This document shows, in pieces, positions 60,401-64,000 of a DNA stretch of 64,000 bases (within the stretch, counting starts at the first letter, position 1; each line of letters starts with the position of its first letter). The stretch is from Raillietiella orientalis (lineage: Eukaryota), in NCBI GenBank assembly GCA_036172245.1, contig JAYWIR010000014.1:806001-870000 (forward strand). Direction: 5' to 3'. The translations under genes were made by a program, and so were the position numbers. Below the pieces are notes generated by a model. The model did no database searches. It had not been told where the DNA came from and saw nothing but the letters and a program-made list of their open reading frames with translations.

Positions 60401-63400
60401 CCTCTCCCCTTTCCGCTTCCGTCAATCATTCGGAGGCGACGCGAGGGAGGTACTCGTCAGGAAGCGTGCAGGAGACGAGGAAGATACCGGGAGCTTGTCG
60501 TCCCTCGAGCTGCTCGCGTGTGTGGGGAAAGAGGATGCTGCAGGAGATCGGGAGGATACAAGGAGTGCGTTCCCGCTCGCCGTCGCCGCCGCTCTAGCCC
60601 GGAGCGGAGCGGGTCTCCAGGGCGCGAGGATTCTGGGAGGGGTGAGATCACGGAGCTTCTGGGCTCTCAGCCGTGACCCCGCATGCGCCGAACCGAGAGC
60701 TGGCGTCTTCGGAGGGCGCGCACGGACCGCCGTCGTCCCCAGCGGGTCCGCGCGCGCAGGGAAGGGGGCATCGCGTGCCAAACGTGCGATAGCGATTTCG
60801 CGCAAAGATTCCTTCCTGGCTCTTCGCATGCAACATCTATAATTGAAATCTTCTCCTCCCTCCCAATGGAGAAAGGACATAAATCCTTGCGCAGAATGCG
60901 CCTGGAAGTAGAGGCACGCGGGAAGACCTCCAGCTCTCAGACGAAACGAAAGAAAGGTGGATGTGGGTCAGCTTCCGGAGTAGGGAGCTCCGAAAGAGGT
61001 CGAGAGCACCTCGAGTGGACTTGTCCCACCCCCTTCCTTCCTGTTCAAACCTCCGCCTGACTTCGGGTCGGCGTGTTTCTGCGGGAGGAAGATACCTCCT
61101 GTACCCCGAGTCAAAACAGGCGGGACAAGAAGGCTACAGGTCCATCTAGCTTCCCTCGTCACTTGAAGTGCTTCTGTTGTTCTGAGTGGGGATCCGAGAC
61201 CTCCCGGATCAGCCTTTAAGCTCTTGAAAGAACGAGGTCGCCTCGGAATTAGGGAAGGAGGTGACCGGACGCGGAGAGTCTCCCGTAGGGCAAACCCACT
61301 CGACTGGGAAGTCGCAGAGCTTGAAGAGGGCAGCGGTCTGTTTGGGAGAAAGGTATCTCTTCCGATCTCTTCCTCCCTGTACCCGAGAGATCTCCTTCCC
61401 TGCTGACATCGGTGAGAGATGGGCATGGAGATCTGAAGAGCCGCCGGGAAGAGGGTTGGGAGCTGCGGAGCAGCCGAGAGCGCCGCTACAGGAGCGGAGG
61501 TCTCCTTCCGGGAAGATCTCTACCTCATGCTCCAGAACAATCCGGGAAGGAGCACACTCGCTCTGCAGAAGTGGGACGACTAGGGTATGGGATGGGGATA
61601 GAGCGCAGCTTTCTCCTCGGCGCCGGGGGCAAGTTCTGCTCAGAGGAACTACGGCGTTCTGGTTGAGGGATCAAAGAGGTCGGGGCAGCAGGCTCGCGGG
61701 CAAGCGGCGGTCGGAAGGAGGGAATCGCACTCTTGCCTAGAGGCCGACCAGCCCTTCGCCTGGGAACGCGGGCGGCTCTCCTGCAGCTGGAAGAGTCCCC
61801 CACTTCCCTCCTTCCCCACGGAGCGCAGCATTTTTCTCCTGACAGTGCCGCTTCCCGCTCTCTCAAAACAGGCAATAAGGGAGGAACTTGAGTTATCCCG
61901 CTCCGCTGTGGAGAGCGGGAGCAGAACTCTGAGGATCTGCTCCTTCCGTTTTCAAGGGCAATGACTCTGCTTCCCCTCCCTCTTCCCAACTCACGGTTGC
62001 TCCGACGGAGGACGAGCAGAGATGCAGAATAGATAGATCGGGAAACTGGGAGCCCGGAACTCCGTCCGGAAGGAGGGAAGTCCCTTTTCCCTTGGGATCC
62101 TTAAGGAACGAGGGCCTGGTATGACCAGCAAAGGAGCGATGAGGAGAAAGATGGAGGACCGCTCCAGAGTTTGGGACTTATCTGGAGACTTCTCTGTTCT
62201 TTGGGGATGGAACAAGAACCATCTGAGTCCTTGGGGGCGCTTGCAGTCGCCGTGCGACGAAGGGACCAGTCCTGACCTCTCGCTCGCGGTTCTTTCATCC
62301 AAGCTCGGACTGGCCTCTGGAGCCGGCGACCGCAGCCAGCAATGCGCGAAGGCTTCATCCAGGATGTGGCTGCGTCCTCCTTCCCTCATGTGCCCCTAGT
62401 GGGAATGAGACGCGCCTGCCTCATGCTAACTCGAGCGCTTTCCCCACTGCTTGTGAGGGCGTCCCCTAACGATTCTGGAAAACTCAGGGAACGCGTCTCT
62501 TGGGGTGCACCGTCAGGGTAAGGAATGAACCCCCAAGAGAAAAAGGGGTAGGCGATGATCCTGGCCAAGTTCCTCGCAGAGAGGTGGACGGTTGCCTCGT
62601 TACCGACCAGGGGAAGAGTTCTCGAAGGGACAAGAGCGCTCCAGAAAGAAACCCGGGCCCGTCCGAAGGTTCAGCCTCGAATGGCACCCTCCCCTCCTGA
62701 TGCATTCGCTGTACAATTCCTGAACGGTGAGTGCAAGCAGTTTGGTACTCGACGTGTGAGTGCATGCGCGGAAGGTATCGAAGCAGGAAGCCGCGTTCCG
62801 CGCCGTAGCAACCCGGCAGGTACGTTACTGAGCCCGCTGGGCATTCCTCCGAGGGAGGCCGTCTGCGAGTCCAGGATCGGAATTTTTCGGTTCCCCCCTT
62901 TCCTCAACTGCCGCCGCACTTGTGCAAGGCGAGCTCTCCCTTCGCCCGCTGTCTTCCCAGATGGAACTAGGATTTCCCCTTTCCCGCCAGTCGATGGATC
63001 CCGACTCGAAATTTCAATCGCCAGGCTTCCCTTTTGCATCCGAGGAAGGCAGGAGCTTTCCTTCCGGCCGTCGTCTTTGGAGTTTGATACCCTGCTTTCC
63101 AGGACGTGCGTAGACGGGTGCGATTTTCGATCTTCCTACAGGCCCCTGAGGGAGGCAGAGAGACGGATGATCCCGTCCTTCCAGGAGGGAGGATGGGAGC
63201 GAAGGAGCAGGGAGAACAACGTCACCCTTTCACCTGCATACATCCCATGACACCAGATCGGGAATCCGTCCGACACCCCAAGACCTTTTTTTTTCCTTCT
63301 CCCTCCCCCTCCCTCTCATCCCTGGGAACGTGCGACCGTCCTTCTGCTTGCATCAACCAGCCGGAGCTACGGGTGCTCTAGCTGGTTAATGCGAGGGAAT

Positions 63401-63882
63401 GCGAACATATCGTCAAGGAGAGCAAAGGGAATCCAGATCAGAGGACTCAGCCACAGCTCCCTTGGAGCATTTTCGTCCCTAGTGGCGATAAGAGCACCTC
63501 GTGGCGGTTGACCCTAAAGTCCCTCTAGAGAAAGTTTCCTCTAAAGAGAAGAGCTCGGTGACCTTATTCCCATCCTTCCTCACCCACGTGCCCATTCCGG
63601 CCTCGTTTCGGGAGTTCCGCCCACGAAGTGAGGGTAATCCATCCGAATCATTGCCCCTGGACACTGTTTCTTTGGTACCACCGAGGCACCTTCCTCCTTT
63701 CCCGTCCCTTTCCTGATCTCCAGGCGAATCTATCCACCCTACCTTCACCACTCACCGTTGAGGAAGTCGCGCAGGTACCTCCCCAGAACGGTCAGCACCC
63801 GGTCGTACCCATACTGGCTGACGTAGGCCACGAACGACTTGCCCATGGCAAACATGAAGTCGTTCTTGGAGATGTGCAGCTC
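20828..63882 (-). CDS. Gyc88E: Atypical soluble guanylyl cyclase, Gyc88E/GC-beta3 type, 5'-partial. 12 exons: 63756-63882, 60049-60203, 57585-57790, 46864-46987, 38115-38229, 37007-37133, 34721-34925, 34463-34609, 29797-29929, 28961-29068, 28792-28911, 20828-21471
   Basis: All 11 internal introns are GT-AG and phases match; joined length 2211 nt = 736 aa + stop. H-NOX motifs LDNLHEYL and LHYRSRR; PAS/H-NOBA motifs [31 protein letters not shown]; coiled coil [14 protein letters not shown]; cyclase motifs [54 protein letters not shown]. The N-terminal ~55-60 aa are not in the window. Confidence 0.93.
28792..28911 (-). CDS. Gyc88E: sGC exon (cyclase): (A)[39 protein letters not shown](G)
   Basis: cccgcag| acceptor after a 49-nt intron, |gtgagg donor; 120 nt. 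Confidence 0.94.
28961..29068 (-). CDS. Gyc88E: sGC exon (cyclase): (G)[35 protein letters not shown](A)
   Basis: ctctccag| acceptor, |gtgag donor; 108 nt; guanylyl cyclase signature [12 protein letters not shown]. Confidence 0.96.
29797..29929 (-). CDS. Gyc88E: sGC exon (cyclase): [44 protein letters not shown](G)
   Basis: tttttgcag| acceptor, |gtgact donor; 133 nt; guanine-specifying Glu and second metal Asp. Confidence 0.95.
31909..32040 (+). mobile_element. tRNA-derived SINE-like element, copy 2
   Basis: GTGGTTAAGGC (D-loop/A-box-like) followed by GAGTTCGAATAC (B box, 31959-31970); similar to 17660-17800. Confidence 0.5.
32098..32480 (+). repeat. Same element, copy B (partial)
   Basis: tgaatttcggaagcgtcccttcggg is identical to the reverse complement of ~52142-52166; ttcagaggagtaaac is shared with ~18772. 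Confidence 0.75.
33583..33635 (+). repeat. CTAC-rich degenerate microsatellite
   Basis: ctaccagtgctactagtgctacctactacctactaccagtgccatctacc. Confidence 0.7.
34463..34609 (-). CDS. Gyc88E: sGC exon (cyclase): [49 protein letters not shown]
   Basis: ctccag| acceptor, |gtgag donor; 147 nt, phase 0 to 0; first metal-binding Asp. Confidence 0.95.
34721..34925 (-). CDS. Gyc88E: sGC exon (coiled coil): [68 protein letters not shown]
   Basis: ttccag| acceptor, |gtaac donor; 205 nt; closely matches the Gyc88E-type coiled coil as I recall it. Confidence 0.95.
35300..36960 (-). mobile_element. Decayed non-LTR retrotransposon RT region in sGC intron
   Basis: Ordered degenerate motifs LLRK...RPTS, GFPPG..RNLSLLR, IEALL, YSSDIT (cf. 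YADD), EVISKAK; frames broken. Confidence 0.45.
37007..37133 (-). CDS. Gyc88E: sGC exon (PAS): (G)[41 protein letters not shown](R)
   Basis: Not in the ORF track; cttccag| acceptor, |gtgagg donor; 127 nt, phase 1 to 2. Confidence 0.94.
37400..38050 (-). mobile_element. Decayed non-LTR retrotransposon pre-RT/RT fragment in sGC intron
   Basis: [12 protein letters not shown] (cf. KSPGxDGL) followed by [11 protein letters not shown] (cf. LPxS...IxLLPK). Confidence 0.4.
38115..38229 (-). CDS. Gyc88E: sGC exon (PAS): [38 protein letters not shown](G)
   Basis: Not in the ORF track; read directly. ttccag| acceptor, |gtgagt donor; 115 nt, phase 0 to 1; NNIFEL and LHLKG motifs. Confidence 0.9.
40570..40950 (+). 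mobile_element. Decayed non-LTR RT fragment
   Basis: FYRQLF followed by LLP/GKGP..VGS.KP..SQN (cf. LIPK..NWRPISLxN). Confidence 0.35.
40940..41032 (+). repeat. Purine-rich (GAG/GAA) low-complexity tract
   Basis: Nearly pure A/G run of ~90 nt. Confidence 0.85.
46864..46987 (-). CDS. Gyc88E: sGC exon (PAS): [41 protein letters not shown]
   Basis: ttcttgcag| acceptor, |gtgagt donor; 124 nt, phase 2 to 0; GxSL...GKKI...F..VRP is typical of H-NOBA. Confidence 0.9.
51675..51812 (+). repeat. ~140-bp direct repeat, copy 1
   Basis: ggccagt.gc.ccagagaacggag...gtcatc.ctgg.cagg...cagggcagcagcc...tgctcgagga shared with 52548-52682. Confidence 0.8.
51915..52325 (-). repeat. Same element, copy C (inverted)
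   Basis: About five 40-42-nt units beginning TCCCT(T/C)..GGG on the minus strand. Confidence 0.75.
52548..52682 (+). repeat. ~140-bp direct repeat, copy 2
   Basis: Matches 51675-51812. Confidence 0.8.
52923..53200 (+). repeat. ~275-bp direct repeat, copy 1
   Basis: ctttgcggatccgtgatc...ggagcgctcgattt...cctcacgagatgggga...gggtgcccagcgacc...gtcactc shared with 55227-55501. Confidence 0.88.
55227..55501 (+). repeat. ~275-bp direct repeat, copy 2
   Basis: Matches 52923-53200. Confidence 0.88.
57585..57790 (-). CDS. Gyc88E: sGC exon (end of H-NOX, start of PAS): [10 protein letters not shown]...FDNKGF...[12 protein letters not shown](G)
   Basis: ttgcag| acceptor, |gtaagt donor; 206 nt, phase 0 to 2. 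Confidence 0.92.
60049..60203 (-). CDS. Gyc88E: sGC exon (H-NOX heme ligands): (G)[51 protein letters not shown]
   Basis: tttgcag| acceptor, |gtgag donor; 155 nt; proximal His and YxSxR motif. Confidence 0.95.
63756..63882 (-). CDS. Gyc88E: sGC exon (H-NOX): [42 protein letters not shown](G)
   Basis: ttccag| acceptor, |gtgag donor; 127 nt, phase 0 to 1; GYDRVL..LGR..RDFLNG is the conserved sGC H-NOX segment. Confidence 0.93.
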
Positions 63883-64000
63883 CTGGAAGGATAGAAAGCC
63901 ATGAGCAGGATCAAGTGCGCCTGTTGCGTGAGAAGCCAAGGGTTCTCTTTACTCTCTCGAGCGCGCGGAGGAGCAAGGAGACCGTGATCGCAGTAGAAGT

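Noticed and set aside
21500..63700. Hundreds of 60-290 aa ORFs on both strands
   Set aside because: Overlapping, R/S/P/G-rich, no recognisable domains; expected by chance in GC-rich intron DNA. Only segments with sGC motifs and splice sites were kept.

Overview
Eukaryotic (animal, most likely arthropod - inference) genomic DNA; no prokaryotic operons, CRISPR arrays or rRNA were seen. The window has two compositional domains. (1) Bases ~1-17,500 are AT-rich and hold a compact five-exon MDM2/MDM4-family gene on the + strand (~9549-10855: acidic region, RanBP2-type zinc finger, C2H2C4 RING, and no visible N-terminal p53-binding domain), surrounded by decayed transposons (Gypsy-like, hAT/Buster, Penelope-like, Mutator-like). 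(2) Bases ~17,500-64,000 are GC-rich and almost entirely occupied by one minus-strand atypical soluble guanylyl cyclase gene (Gyc88E/GC-beta3 type). Twelve coding exons (63882 down to 20828) splice in consistent phase with GT-AG ends into 736 aa: H-NOX, PAS, coiled coil, cyclase, and a long tail ending in the CaaX motif CTLL. The first exon(s) lie beyond the right edge. Its large introns contain decayed non-LTR retrotransposon fragments and several dispersed repeat families, including a ~410-bp element with an internal ~41-bp tandem array. Most ORFs in the supplied track are chance ORFs of GC-rich intron DNA. All homology calls are by eye from remembered family motifs, not database searches. 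I found no clearly new biological system; the best leads are the truncated MDM2 and the unclassified repeat families.
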